Shown: in pieces, positions 36,979-47,517 of the stretch
Layout of the letters: every line of letters begins with the position of its first letter
Position numbering within the stretch: the stretch's first letter is position 1
From: Myxococcota bacterium
GTDB taxonomy: Bacteria; Myxococcota_A; Polyangia; Nannocystales; Nannocystaceae
Direction: 5' to 3'
DNA length: 64,000 nt
Assembly (NCBI GenBank): GCA_039028615.1
Contig: JBCCHT010000052.1
Location: 1-64,000, forward strand
The notes under the pieces: model-generated
What the model saw: only the letters and a program-made list of their open reading frames with translations
Told to the model about the DNA's origin: nothing
The model's database searches: none
Program-made: the position numbers and the translations under genes

Positions 36979-39900
36979 TCAGTCGTGCTCGTGACTCGCC
37001 GAGTCGTCAGCGTCGCCCGAGCCTTCCTCGGCTTCATCGCTCGGCTCGTGTGCCGCTGCCGGCATTGGCGTCGCGGTGCGAGCGCTACGGAGCAGCCGAA
37101 CGACCCGAGCCGGCGCGAGGCTCAGCCACGAACCCAGCTCCTCGGCGTCCGTCTCGAGCAGCTCGCCCACGGTCGTGACGCCGTGGTGCCGCAACATCGA
37201 CACGTGGTGACGCGCAATCCCGGACACGTCACTCAGCAACTGTGCCGCGACGTCTTCGCCGATCCCGTGTGCGCCGTGCTTTTCGTGCTTGCCGTGCTCG
37301 CTGTGGTCCATCATGCGAAAGCGAACGGTGCCGTCGAGGTCCAGATGCGCCATCGACATCACCATGCCGGTCGCGGGAGTCGGATGGGACGGCGCCTCGA
37401 TGGCCGGCGGGGCTTCCCGGGCAAACGCAGCCGCAACCTGCGCATGAGGGACTCGAACCGGATCGGCGAACCGGACCCGAGCGTCCTCCTTCGCCGCCGA
37501 GGATGCAGCCGCGAGCTTCGAGCCCCGGGCGTTCTTGCCGTCGTGCTCGGCACAAGGCCCGGGCTCTTCGGGGCGCCCGTCGCCCGGATCCCCGGCGCAA
37601 ACGCAGGCCGCGAGCCGCCGAGCATCGATCCCGTTGCGCTCGAGCAACTTCGCCACCGCGGGCTCCACGGCCAGGCATCGGAGCAGTCGGCATAGCTCGT
37701 CACGCGGCTCGTTCCCCGACTCGGGTCGACCGGTGGCCGGTCCGAGTGCGGTGGGCTTGACCGAGAAGGTTCGCGTTTGCTCCCGCATGAACACCCGGCC
37801 GGCACGGGACCGCCCCCTCACCCGCACCCGACACTGGTAGATGCCGCGGTGGGCCGCAGGGAGGTTCAGCGTGGCGAGCCCGTCGTCGGACGCGACCAGC
37901 TGGTGCTCGCTCACTCGCCCCAGAGGGTCGGTCACCGTCGCCCGCGCCGAGATCGTCCCGGGCAACGCGAGTCCGTACTGCGACAACGCGACCACCAGCG
38001 ACAGCGCTTCGCCCGGCGCCAACGCTTCGGCGGGGGAGTACACGCTCATGGCGAGGTTCGACCGCGTCTGCACGATCGCGCTGTAGGGCACGCTGCCCTT
38101 GGCCGCGTGGTCGAACAGCGCGGACGCGACCCCGTCGTCGCGATGGGTCTGGGACTTCGCAGAGCGAGCCTTGGTCAGCGCCCGGATGCGGTCCGACGAC
38201 AGCCGAACCCGAGCGGTCCAGCGCCCCGCGTGGCCGCCGGCCCCTGCCGCGGCAACCGGTAGCCCGACCCGTAGCCGGGTATCCAGACGATGAACGTCCA
38301 GCGTGGCCCCACCGAGCGCTCCGGCCTCGATGACGTGCCCACCCGGCGTCGTGAGCGAGATATCCAGCAAGGGTGCAACCGGCGACAGCACGATCAGGTC
38401 CACGGCCACGTCGGCCTCGCACAGGTCGAACGGGATTTCGGCCACGTCCTCGAGACCCAGTCGCCCTTGCGGATCGACGACGATCTCGTTGCCTTTGATG
38501 CCCGCCAAGATCTGCACGAAGTACTTCGTGAGCAGGAAGCGGCGCTCGTCGGCGTCGAGGGTCCCCGTGATGAGCATGTACTTGGAGATGGCCCCCAAGG
38601 TGTCCTCGCTGACGTTGCCCTCTCGACCGAGGCCGATGGCGTACAGCGCCCCATCGAGCGCCGCGACCTCCGTCGGCACCGGCTCCTCGAGCACAAAGGG
38701 GTGAATATTCTCGTTGCCGTCGGTCAGGCACACGACCGCGGTGTTGTCGTACACGGAGCTCGGATCCGAGAGCACACTGGAAAGCTGCGATACGCCTTCG
38801 ATCAGGCCGAGGCCGATGGCCGTGGACCCGAACGCCGGCTGAATCGCCGAGCCCTCGAGCACCGTCGTCACCGATCCCGCGCTCAGGGGCGCGAGCGGCA
38901 GCGGGGTCGTGATCGCGTCGTCGAAGAACACCAGCGACGCCGCATCGTTCGAGTCCATGAGATCGGTGACGACCTCGAGCGCCTCGGTCAGCAGCTGGAA
39001 CTTGGTCGTGCCTCCCCCCGCGTCCCCGCTCATGCTGCCCGAACGATCGGACACGAACGCGATGGCGGACCGACGCGAGATCGGGGTGGCCGTGGTGTTG
39101 AAGGTCCAGCTGTCGATGATGAACTCTCCGCCTTCGGCGTCCGCGAACAGAGCCTCGTCGTCGATGATGTAGGCCTCGACCATCACGGAGCCGCTGCTCT
39201 CCGCGTCGAGGCTCGCCCCGGCGGCGAGGGCCGCCGCCGCATCGAACTCGACGTAGAGGGTCACGTCGCGCGCGGTGAAATCGTCGCGCTTCGGCTCGAT
39301 GACCTGCATCCATCCGCTCGGTACGCCGATCCCGTCCCCGCTCATCCCGGTGACGCGAAACCGTACCTCGCGACAGCCCTCGACGGAGAAGGTCAGCGGG
39401 CGATGGGTGGTGAGGTCCTCGTCGACTCCGCCAAAGGCGACGGTGGTGGACGGCGGACTGATACGCGGCAGGTCGCTGTCGTACCAGACGTCGGTGGAGT
39501 GCAGGTCGAGGTGATCCATCGGCCGGCGTAGCGGCGGCAGGTTATAAAACGCCGGGTTGGTGACCGACATGTCATCGCCGAGGTTGTGGCCGGGGTTGGC
39601 CCCGCTGGTCGGCAGGTAGTCCGTCTGCGGCCACTTGTCTTGCCAGATCGACCAGAGGCGATCGATGGCGGCGTGATGCAGGAAGAACACCGGGTCGTTC
39701 GGCGAGGCGGCGTCGGCCATGTTGCCGCCGACCCAGTTGTGCACGGGGTTGTGCAGCAGCCCTTCGAGGATCTTGCGAAAGCTCGAGAAGAACTCGTCTT
39801 CGGTGGTGTCGTCGTCCTCGTGCCACGGCAAGGCGTCGTAGGGACGGTCCTGCATCGTGAACTGATTCCAAAACGGGATCGGCAGCAGGACCTCGTCCTC

Positions 39901-40431
39901 CCCCAACTCCTCTGGATCGGTCGTCGGATTCGGAGCGACGACTCGCGTGAGTGCATCCGAGGTACCCGGGACATCCTTGATGTTGATCGTCCAGTTCCCT
40001 CCAGAGAATGCGAACGGGCCGTCGGTGACGACCCCTCCAAAGCCGCCGAGGAACTCGGGCGTGAAGGGCCATCCGTCGTCGCCGGCCTGTCGGGCCCGGG
40101 TCCAGTCCCAGTACGGCACGGTGATGGTGTCGTCCCCCGAGACGGTGCGAAGGTCGGCCTCGAACTGACGCAACATCTCGCGATGCCACGGCCCGAACGC
40201 CGCGCCACCGTGGATGTTGGTCGCCGCATTCAGGGCAACCTGGTGCAACCAGACGTAGTCGTCGTAGCGGCTCTCCGCCCCGTCGTCCTGCGCCGCGGGG
40301 ATGATGCTCGCGCCGCCGGGTTCAGTGGGATCCTTGAGCTTGAGGATGGCTTGGACGAACGCGTTCCGCTCGTCGTCATCGAGTTCTTTGACGTTCTTTC
40401 GACACTTCATGGCTGGGGGCTCTGGCGGCAT
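36979..40431 (-). CDS. Tyrosinase-vWA multidomain protein
   Basis: CuA H...IH...PWHR, CuB HNPVH...DPVFFLHH, vWA DRSGSM and LTDG. Confidence 0.85.
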   Translation of the reverse strand: MPPEPPAMKCRKNVKELDDDERNAFVQAILKLKDPTEPGGASIIPAAQDDGAESRYDDYVWLHQVALNAATNIHGGAAFGPWHREMLRQFEADLRTVSGDDTITVPYWDWTRARQAGDDGWPFTPEFLGGFGGVVTDGPFAFSGGNWTINIKDVPGTSDALTRVVAPNPTTDPEELGEDEVLLPIPFWNQFTMQDRPYDALPWHEDDDTTEDEFFSSFRKILEGLLHNPVHNWVGGNMADAASPNDPVFFLHHAAIDRLWSIWQDKWPQTDYLPTSGANPGHNLGDDMSVTNPAFYNLPPLRRPMDHLDLHSTDVWYDSDLPRISPPSTTVAFGGVDEDLTTHRPLTFSVEGCREVRFRVTGMSGDGIGVPSGWMQVIEPKRDDFTARDVTLYVEFDAAAALAAGASLDAESSGSVMVEAYIIDDEALFADAEGGEFIIDSWTFNTTATPISRRSAIAFVSDRSGSMSGDAGGGTTKFQLLTEALEVVTDLMDSNDAASLVFFDDAITTPLPLAPLSAGSVTTVLEGSAIQPAFGSTAIGLGLIEGVSQLSSVLSDPSSVYDNTAVVCLTDGNENIHPFVLEEPVPTEVAALDGALYAIGLGREGNVSEDTLGAISKYMLITGTLDADERRFLLTKYFVQILAGIKGNEIVVDPQGRLGLEDVAEIPFDLCEADVAVDLIVLSPVAPLLDISLTTPGGHVIEAGALGGATLDVHRLDTRLRVGLPVAAAGAGGHAGRWTARVRLSSDRIRALTKARSAKSQTHRDDGVASALFDHAAKGSVPYSAIVQTRSNLAMSVYSPAEALAPGEALSLVVALSQYGLALPGTISARATVTDPLGRVSEHQLVASDDGLATLNLPAAHRGIYQCRVRVRGRSRAGRVFMREQTRTFSVKPTALGPATGRPESGNEPRDELCRLLRCLAVEPAVAKLLERNGIDARRLAACVCAGDPGDGRPEEPGPCAEHDGKNARGSKLAAASSAAKEDARVRFADPVRVPHAQVAAAFAREAPPAIEAPSHPTPATGMVMSMAHLDLDGTVRFRMMDHSEHGKHEKHGAHGIGEDVAAQLLSDVSGIARHHVSMLRHHGVTTVGELLETDAEELGSWLSLAPARVVRLLRSARTATPMPAAAHEPSDEAEEGSGDADDSASHEHD

Positions 40432-40627
40432 GTACGGCCGCGGTCGCCCCGGCCTGACGCGGTCGGAGCACGAGGCCTCGCTCACACGTCCCACGACGCC
40501 AATTTGGCGCTTCCGTGCCCACTGCGCGCACCGTCCGGCCCGCCTGACGCGATGCGCACGCTACGCGGAGGGGTCGTCGAGGCCGGTAGCCGAGCCCGCA
40601 GCGAGGATGTGCTACATCCATCGCTCG

Positions 40628-41245
40628 ATGTCCGCCGCCGCGCCCTCCAACAGCCCCGTACCGTCCCGGCGTAGCCGTCTGATCCTCACCGCGCTGGTGC
40701 TGATCGTGACGCTGGCCTTGGACCTGTGGAGCAAGAACTGGGCGTGGGAGAACCTCCGCCGTCAGCGGCCGATGAAGATCATCGAGCCCCACCTGGAGTT
40801 CGCGTTCAGCTTCAACCTGGGTGCCGCCTTCGGGTTCCTCAACGACGCGTCCTGGTCGCGCGTGTTCTTCATCGTGGTCACCGTGATCGCGCTGGCCTAC
40901 ATGACGTGGCTGGCCTTCACCCTGCCCACGCGGCGCGGCTACGGGTTCGTGGCCATCGGCCTCATCTCGGCGGGTGCAGCGGGCAACCTCCACGACCGCC
41001 TGTTCCGCGCCAACGATGGTGGGCACTACGGCGTGGTCGACTTCATCAAGGTCAACTACCCGTGGGGCGGCTCGTGGCCGACCTTCAACATCGCAGACGC
41101 GCTGCTGCTGATCGGCGTGGGCATGCTGTTCATCTATCTCCGCCGCGAGGCCGACGAGATCGAGGGCACGGCAGAAGAGTCCAGCAAGGACGAGCCGGCC
41201 GAAGCGAGCGCCGAGGCCGAGGCGGCCACCGCCGCGGCCGACTGA
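40628..41245 (+). CDS. lspA: Lipoprotein signal peptidase II
   Basis: DLWSK, NLGAAFG, GNLHDR, VVDFI, PTFNIAD. Confidence 0.9.
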   Translation: MSAAAPSNSPVPSRRSRLILTALVLIVTLALDLWSKNWAWENLRRQRPMKIIEPHLEFAFSFNLGAAFGFLNDASWSRVFFIVVTVIALAYMTWLAFTLPTRRGYGFVAIGLISAGAAGNLHDRLFRANDGGHYGVVDFIKVNYPWGGSWPTFNIADALLLIGVGMLFIYLRREADEIEGTAEESSKDEPAEASAEAEAATAAAD

Positions 41246-42237
41246 TCGGGCGCCCCCGCCACGCCCAGCGCCACCAGCACGGTCAGGGCTCCGGCCATCG
41301 CCGCGGGCGCGGACCATCGTCGTCGCTCCCGGCCGCGCCGTAGCGCGGTGAGCAACGCGTCCATCGAGGCGAAGCGACACTGGGGCTCGGGCGACAGACC
41401 GCGTCGAATGACGCGGCCGAGCCAGCGCGGCACCGTGCGCCCCTTCGGTGCTCGACACCATCGCCCCGCCAGTTTTTGCTCGGCCAGCTCGGTGCAGCTA
41501 CGCCCGGTGAAGGGCCGCACGCCGTACACCGCCTCGAACATCGCCACGCAGAAGCTGAACTGGTCCGCCGCCGGCCCGACGCCATGCCCGAGGTGCTGCT
41601 CGGGCGCCATATAGGCCGGGGTCCCCACCGTACCGCCCACGCCCGTCCCATCCGGCGACTCGCAGCCCGACGCATCACCGTCTTCGTCCTGGGTCGGAGC
41701 CCGCTCTTCCGCGGTCAGGGTGAGCCCGAAGTCGGTGACCCGTACCCGCCCCTTGCGACCCACGATGAGATTGGCCGGCTTGAAATCGCGATGCACCAGG
41801 CCGGCCCGATGCGCGGCGGCCAGGCCCCGCGCCGCGCCGTCGAACACGGCGACGATCGCGTCCCAGGATCGCGACGCCTCCAGCCAAGCTTCCAGCGTCT
41901 GCCCTTCGACCAGCTCCATCGCGATCAGGCAGCGGTCGCTGCGGCCGCCGCCTCGCCGCACTCGGACCACGTCGAAGACCTGCACGACATTGGGATGCGA
42001 CAGGCGAGCCATGGCCTGGGCCTCGCGAACGAAGCGCTGCCGCGAGCGAGCGTCTTCGACATGCAACGCCTTGAGGGCAACATCGCGCCCGAGCAGCGGG
42101 TCGAACGCCCGAAACACGGCGCCCATCGCTCCGCGACCGAGCTCGAAGAGCACGCGATAGCGACCAACCTGGTCCCCCGCGCACAGCTGCGAGCCGCAGG
42201 GGGGAAGGTGGGGAACGGTGGCAGTACGCGGGGGCAT
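41134..42237 (-). CDS. Ser/Thr protein kinase, apparently C-terminally truncated
   Basis: GRGAMG, HRDFKPAN, DFG, GTPAYMAPE, one TM helix. The 3' end overlaps lspA antisense. Confidence 0.75.
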   Translation of the reverse strand: MPPRTATVPHLPPCGSQLCAGDQVGRYRVLFELGRGAMGAVFRAFDPLLGRDVALKALHVEDARSRQRFVREAQAMARLSHPNVVQVFDVVRVRRGGGRSDRCLIAMELVEGQTLEAWLEASRSWDAIVAVFDGAARGLAAAHRAGLVHRDFKPANLIVGRKGRVRVTDFGLTLTAEERAPTQDEDGDASGCESPDGTGVGGTVGTPAYMAPEQHLGHGVGPAADQFSFCVAMFEAVYGVRPFTGRSCTELAEQKLAGRWCRAPKGRTVPRWLGRVIRRGLSPEPQCRFASMDALLTALRRGRERRRWSAPAAMAGALTVLVALGVAGAPDQSAAAVAASASALASAGSSLLDSSAVPSISSASRRR

Positions 42238-42366
42238 GGGGGCTCGGCCCCCACTACGCGGCAGGTTGACACATGGATCGACACGGATCGCCGTCCGCTC
42301 ACGAAGCCGTACACCGTTTGCTCGTCGAGACCCCGCCAGCGCCACCAAAGCGGGCTACGATGGGCC

Positions 42367-45300
42367 GTGAGCCTGAGCAACGAGCCCACCGCCGGTGGCT
42401 CCTCGCTGATGCCCTCCGAGGATCCGACCCTCGCGGGAGACGGCCAGACACCGTCGGCGAACCGCTCCGCCGGCCCCGGCCTGCCCGTCCCCGGTCAGTT
42501 CGGACGCTTCGAGATCCGCGGACGACTGGGGCGCGGGGGCATGGGCGAAGTGCTCGAGGCCTTCGACCCCAACCTCGATCGACCGATCGCGCTCAAGGTC
42601 CTTCACCCGGGCACGAGCAAACGCCACGGGCGACGGCTCGTTCGCGAGGCCAAGGCGCTGGCCAAGCTGTCGCACCCCAATGTGGTCCAGGTCTACGAGG
42701 TCGGCGAGATCGACGACCAGACCTTCGTCGCGATGGAGCTGGTGCGCGGTCAGACCCTGCAGCAGTGGCAAGCCGAGCGCCCGCCGTGGCAGCGCTGCGT
42801 CGAGCTGTACCTGCAGGCGGGTCGAGGCTTGGCCGCTGCGCATGCGGTGGGGCTCATCCATCGCGACTTCAAGCCGAGCAATTGCATCGTCGACGACGCG
42901 GGCAAGGTCCGCGTGCTCGACTTCGGGCTCGCGCGCAAGCAGGTCCTCACCGAGGACGAGCGGCTCGAGGAGGAACACGAGCGCTCGCTGCCCGACGAGC
43001 AGCAGATCCCGTCGTCGTTGACGGTGACCGGCGCGGTGCTGGGCACCGTGGCCTATATGTCGCTGCAGCAGCTGTCCGGCGACCCCGTCGACGACAAGGC
43101 GGACCAGTTCAGCTTCTGCGTGTCGCTGTACGAGGCCGTGCACGGGCAGCGTCCCTTCGAAGACCAGTCGGTGGGCAAGCTGACCCTGGCCCTGATGAGC
43201 AATCAGGTCCGCCCCATCCCGAGCGACATCCGCATCCCACCGCGGCTGCGTCGGCTCTTGCTGCGAGGCTTGCACCCCGAGCCCCAGTCGCGCTGGCCCT
43301 CCGTCCAGGCCCTGCTCGACGAGCTCGAAGACCTCATCCGCCCCCGCCGGACGATGACCATGGCCGTGCTGCTGGGCGGAGGCTTGGCTCTCGCCGCGGG
43401 CGGCCTGTGGTGGCAGTCCCGCGATCAGGACCACTGCCAGACGGAAGCCGAGCTGCGCGACGAAATCTGGACCGCCGCGACGGCCCAGTCGGTCAACGAC
43501 GCCCTGCTGGCGACCGAGCTGCCCTACGCCGCCGACACGTGGTCGCGCATCGAGCCTCGATTGCAGGGCTACGCCGAGGGCTGGGCGCAGCGACGACGCG
43601 ACAACTGCCGGGCGACCCGCGTCCACGGCGATCAGAGCGAGCAGGTCATGGACTTGCGCGGCGCGTGCCTGAGCACCCGCGCCCTCGAGCTTCGCGAGGC
43701 CACCGAGATCCTCGCCAACGCCGACGCGGCCGTGGCCGAGCAAGCAGTGGCCATCGTGACCGCCCTGCCCTCCCTCGAGCGTTGCGACGACGTCGAAGCG
43801 CTACGGCAGCAGGTCCCGCCGCCCGAAGACCCCGAGCAAGCAAAGCGGGTCCGAGAGCACCGCGAGCGACTCCCCCGGATCCGCGCCCTCATCGACGCAG
43901 GGCGCTACGACGACGCGGCCACCGAGGCCGAGGCGCTGGTCGAGCTCGCGGTCACCGAGGGCCACCCGCCCCTGCAAGCCGAAGCGTGGCAGCTGCGAGG
44001 CGCGGTGTACCGACGCCAAGGTCGATTCGAGGACGCCGAAAAGGACCTCGTCGCCGCCTATGCCCTCGCCGTCGAGCACGGTCACGAGCGGGTCGCGGCC
44101 CTGTCGTCCCAGATGCTCGTGAACCTCGTCGGCGGGGCCCAGGTCCGCCACGCCGAAGGGCAACAATGGGGCGTCACCGCGCTCGCGCTGGCCCATCGCC
44201 GCTCCCCGGCCGAGGTCGCGGCCACCCTCGACGGCCTCGGGAACGTGCTGCACCAAAAGGGCGAGCTCGAGCCGTCGCTCGAGCAGCACCGTGAAGCGCT
44301 CGACATTCGCAAGCGGGTGCTCGACGCCGATCATCCCGCCATCGGGACCTCGCTCGACAGCATGGGGCGCATCTTGTTGGCGCTGGGCCGCCACGAAGAC
44401 GCGCTCGAGAGTCACCTGCAGGCCCTCGAGATCCACGAGCGAGCCTACGGACCCTCGCACCCGCACGTGTCCCCCACGCTGTCCAACCTCGGGCAAGTGA
44501 TGGACGCCAAGGGCGACCTCGATGCCGCCTCCGAGTATCACGGCCGCGCGCTGTCGATCCGCGAGCAGGCGCTCGGCCCCGATCATCCCGACGTCGCGGG
44601 CAGCGTGATGAGCCTGGGCCTCGCCCTTCGCAAGCAGGGCAAGCTCGAGCGCTCGCGGACCTTCCACCAGCGCGCCCTCGACATCTGGCTGAAGGTCGGC
44701 GGTGCCGAGCATCCCAACGTCGCCGTGGCCCGGATCAACCTGGGGGCCGTGCTCGACCGCCTCGGTCACCAAGAAGAAGCGCTCGACGAGTACGGCAAGG
44801 CCAAGGTCATCATCGAGCGGGCCTTCGGCTCCGAGCACCCCAACCTGGCCGCTGTGCTCGACAACATGGGCGTCGTGCTGCACGCCCAGGGCAAGCTCGA
44901 CGAGGCCTACCAGCACCACCTGGAGGCCAAGGAGATTCGCAGCAAGAGCCTGGGCCCCGACCACCCTCAGGTCGCGATGTCGCTGGGCAACGTCAGCCGG
45001 CTGCTCATCGACCGCAAGGAGTTCGATGCCGCCCGCGAGCAGCTGGAGCGCGCGCTCGCCATCTTCGAGAAGGTCTACGGCACCGAGCACCCGCAGGTGG
45101 CCACGACCCTGATTCACCTGGCGCGAACCGAGCTACGCCGCGGCGACGGACAGGCCTGCATTCCCTTCGCCGAGCGCTCGCTCGAGATTCGCGCGTCCCT
45201 GGGCACCAACCCGGTCAGCGAGGCCTTCGCGCGCTTCGTCCTCGGGCGCTGCCACTGGGCGGCGGGCGACCGCAGCCGAGGGCGGAGCATGGTCGAGGCG

Positions 45301-45405
45301 GCCAACGCCGTGTACGACGAGTACGCCAAGACCAACGGCACGCCCGCGCACGAGCACGAGGCGATTCGCGACTGGTTGCGTGAACACGCGGCGCCCGCTC
45401 GCTGA
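42367..45405 (+). CDS. Membrane Ser/Thr protein kinase with long TPR array
   Basis: GRGGMG, HRDFKPSN, DFG, a TM helix and repeated GxxHPxVA TPR units. Confidence 0.9.
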   Translation: MSLSNEPTAGGSSLMPSEDPTLAGDGQTPSANRSAGPGLPVPGQFGRFEIRGRLGRGGMGEVLEAFDPNLDRPIALKVLHPGTSKRHGRRLVREAKALAKLSHPNVVQVYEVGEIDDQTFVAMELVRGQTLQQWQAERPPWQRCVELYLQAGRGLAAAHAVGLIHRDFKPSNCIVDDAGKVRVLDFGLARKQVLTEDERLEEEHERSLPDEQQIPSSLTVTGAVLGTVAYMSLQQLSGDPVDDKADQFSFCVSLYEAVHGQRPFEDQSVGKLTLALMSNQVRPIPSDIRIPPRLRRLLLRGLHPEPQSRWPSVQALLDELEDLIRPRRTMTMAVLLGGGLALAAGGLWWQSRDQDHCQTEAELRDEIWTAATAQSVNDALLATELPYAADTWSRIEPRLQGYAEGWAQRRRDNCRATRVHGDQSEQVMDLRGACLSTRALELREATEILANADAAVAEQAVAIVTALPSLERCDDVEALRQQVPPPEDPEQAKRVREHRERLPRIRALIDAGRYDDAATEAEALVELAVTEGHPPLQAEAWQLRGAVYRRQGRFEDAEKDLVAAYALAVEHGHERVAALSSQMLVNLVGGAQVRHAEGQQWGVTALALAHRRSPAEVAATLDGLGNVLHQKGELEPSLEQHREALDIRKRVLDADHPAIGTSLDSMGRILLALGRHEDALESHLQALEIHERAYGPSHPHVSPTLSNLGQVMDAKGDLDAASEYHGRALSIREQALGPDHPDVAGSVMSLGLALRKQGKLERSRTFHQRALDIWLKVGGAEHPNVAVARINLGAVLDRLGHQEEALDEYGKAKVIIERAFGSEHPNLAAVLDNMGVVLHAQGKLDEAYQHHLEAKEIRSKSLGPDHPQVAMSLGNVSRLLIDRKEFDAAREQLERALAIFEKVYGTEHPQVATTLIHLARTELRRGDGQACIPFAERSLEIRASLGTNPVSEAFARFVLGRCHWAAGDRSRGRSMVEAANAVYDEYAKTNGTPAHEHEAIRDWLREHAAPAR

Positions 45406-45450
45406 GCCGACGCCGCGTCATCGCCCCCGCGAGGGCGGTCGAGACGAGCC

Positions 45451-47517
45451 CTAGCCGGGCCCGGTCTCGGCGGCTTCGCCCGCGCCCAGCTCGACCGGGG
45501 CTCCGGTCCCGCCCGAGCCTTCGCCGCCCGAAGCCGCACCACCCGAGCCTTCGCCCGCAGCGCCCGACTCACCCGCGGCCGGCTCGGCGGCGGAATCGGC
45601 CGCCTCCTCGTCCTTGGCGGGCTCCTCGGCGGCCCCGTCGCTCTTGAGCATCTCGTCGAGCGCCTCGCACTCCCAGTCCTCCTTCTTGAGGAGCTTGGAC
45701 GCGGCCGCCTTCACCTTGGGGTAGACGTCGGGGCGCAGGCCGTCGACGAGAGCGGCGACCTCGACCACGAACTCGTTGTCGACGCCTTCGTCCTCGAGGT
45801 TCTCCCGCCAGGTCGCGAGTCGCTCGGCGGGCTCGACCTCGTCGTCCATGACGTCCTCGGCCGCGTAGCACAGCGCGTTGATCTGACCGCTGAGCTCGGT
45901 CATCTCGGCCATGGTGAACACCCGGCCTTCACCGTCGGCCGCGGCTTCGCCTGGCTTCTTGATGTCGGGCCCCTTGGGCGCGCCCGGCTTGATCACCTGG
46001 CCGCTCTCGTCGAGCTGGGGCAGCGGCTCGTAGAAGGGCTTGTCCCGCAGGAAGATGTTGACCGGCCCCAGCGCCACCGTGGGCACGTAGGTCACGATGC
46101 CCAAGCCCACGAACATGATCATGATGAACGGCACCACCGACTTGATGATCTCCCCCAGCGGCTTGCGGAACACGCTGGAGGCGACGAACAGGTTGATCCC
46201 GATCGGCGGGGTCAGGTAGCCGATCTCGAGGTTGACGATGAAGATCACCGCCAGGTGCACGGGGTCGATGCCGAACTGCTCGGCGATGGGCTTGAGCAGC
46301 GGCGCGATGATGAGGATCGCGGAGATCGAGTCCATCAATGCGCCGACGAGCAGCAGCATGACGTTGATCATCAGCAGGAACTGAAGCGGACCCAGGTTCA
46401 TCGCCCGGATCTGCTCGACGGCCATGTCCGGGATCTTCTCCTCGACGAGGAAGTCGTTGAGGGCGAAGGCCAGCACCATGATGATGAGCAGGGTGCCCAT
46501 CAGCACCGCGGACTCGCTGAGCACCTTGGGCAGATCCTCGAAGCGAAGCTCGCGGTGAATGGCCAGCTCGACCACGAGCGCATAGATGACGCTGACCGCG
46601 GCCGCCTCGGTGGCGGTGAAGGTGCCGGAGTAGATCCCGCCGAGGATCAGGACCGGCAACATGATCGCCCAAAAGCCGTCGCGGAACCGATGGAACACCT
46701 CCATCAGATCGAAGGGCGTGCGCTCGATCTTGTCGGTGGTGGCGATCCACATGCTGTAGATGGACAGCAGCACCCCGATGAGCACGCCGGGCATGATGCC
46801 GGCCATGAACAGCTCACCGATGTCGACGCCGCCGACCACGATGGCGAAGACCAGCATCGGGATCGAGGGCGGGATGAGGATGCCGAGGGAGCCCGCGGTG
46901 GTCACCAGCCCCATCGAGAACCGGCTCTGGTAGCCCGCTTTGGTGAGCGCGGGATACATCATGGTGCCGATGGCGATGACGGTGACCGGGCTACTGCCGC
47001 TGATCGCCGCGAAGAAGATGCAGGCACCGACGGTGGCCACGGCCAGGCCGCCGGGGAGCCAGCCCACCAGCGCCTTGGCAAAGGCCACCAGGCGGTTGGC
47101 GATGTCGCCCGCGCTCATGATGGCGCCCGAGACGACGAAGAAGGGAATCGCCAGCAGGACGTTCTTCGTCGTGAGGCCGGCCATCTTCTGCGGGAACTTG
47201 TCGAACCCGCAGATGACCTCGGGATCGAGGCTGGTGCACGCCGAGACCTCGTAGAGGCCGGGCTCGCCGTAGAGCATGAAGCACAGCGCCGCGAGCACGC
47301 CGATGATCACGAACAGCGGGGAGCCCAGGATCACCATGGCCACCAACGCAGCGGCGATCATGAGGCCGGCGCCGGCCGGCGCGGTGCTCTCCTCGCCCGC
47401 GAGTTCCTCGGAGAGTTCGGCTGCCTCGGGGCCCGCGTATCCGGTGGCCGCGATGCCGAAGATGACCAGCAGGGTCAGGAAGGACAGCACCCGGACGATT
47501 CGGTTCTGAGAGTTCAT
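45451..47517 (-). CDS. dctM: TRAP transporter large permease with C-terminal extension
   Basis: LLAIPFF, GSLGILIPPSIP, TATEAAAV, EIGYLTPPIG. Confidence 0.9.
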   Translation of the reverse strand: MNSQNRIVRVLSFLTLLVIFGIAATGYAGPEAAELSEELAGEESTAPAGAGLMIAAALVAMVILGSPLFVIIGVLAALCFMLYGEPGLYEVSACTSLDPEVICGFDKFPQKMAGLTTKNVLLAIPFFVVSGAIMSAGDIANRLVAFAKALVGWLPGGLAVATVGACIFFAAISGSSPVTVIAIGTMMYPALTKAGYQSRFSMGLVTTAGSLGILIPPSIPMLVFAIVVGGVDIGELFMAGIMPGVLIGVLLSIYSMWIATTDKIERTPFDLMEVFHRFRDGFWAIMLPVLILGGIYSGTFTATEAAAVSVIYALVVELAIHRELRFEDLPKVLSESAVLMGTLLIIMVLAFALNDFLVEEKIPDMAVEQIRAMNLGPLQFLLMINVMLLLVGALMDSISAILIIAPLLKPIAEQFGIDPVHLAVIFIVNLEIGYLTPPIGINLFVASSVFRKPLGEIIKSVVPFIMIMFVGLGIVTYVPTVALGPVNIFLRDKPFYEPLPQLDESGQVIKPGAPKGPDIKKPGEAAADGEGRVFTMAEMTELSGQINALCYAAEDVMDDEVEPAERLATWRENLEDEGVDNEFVVEVAALVDGLRPDVYPKVKAAASKLLKKEDWECEALDEMLKSDGAAEEPAKDEEAADSAAEPAAGESGAAGEGSGGAASGGEGSGGTGAPVELGAGEAAETGPG

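Noticed and set aside
41476..42366. N-terminal extension of the 1309-aa kinase ORF
   Set aside because: It is the antisense shadow of the divergent kinase; kinase-like sequence begins after 42367.
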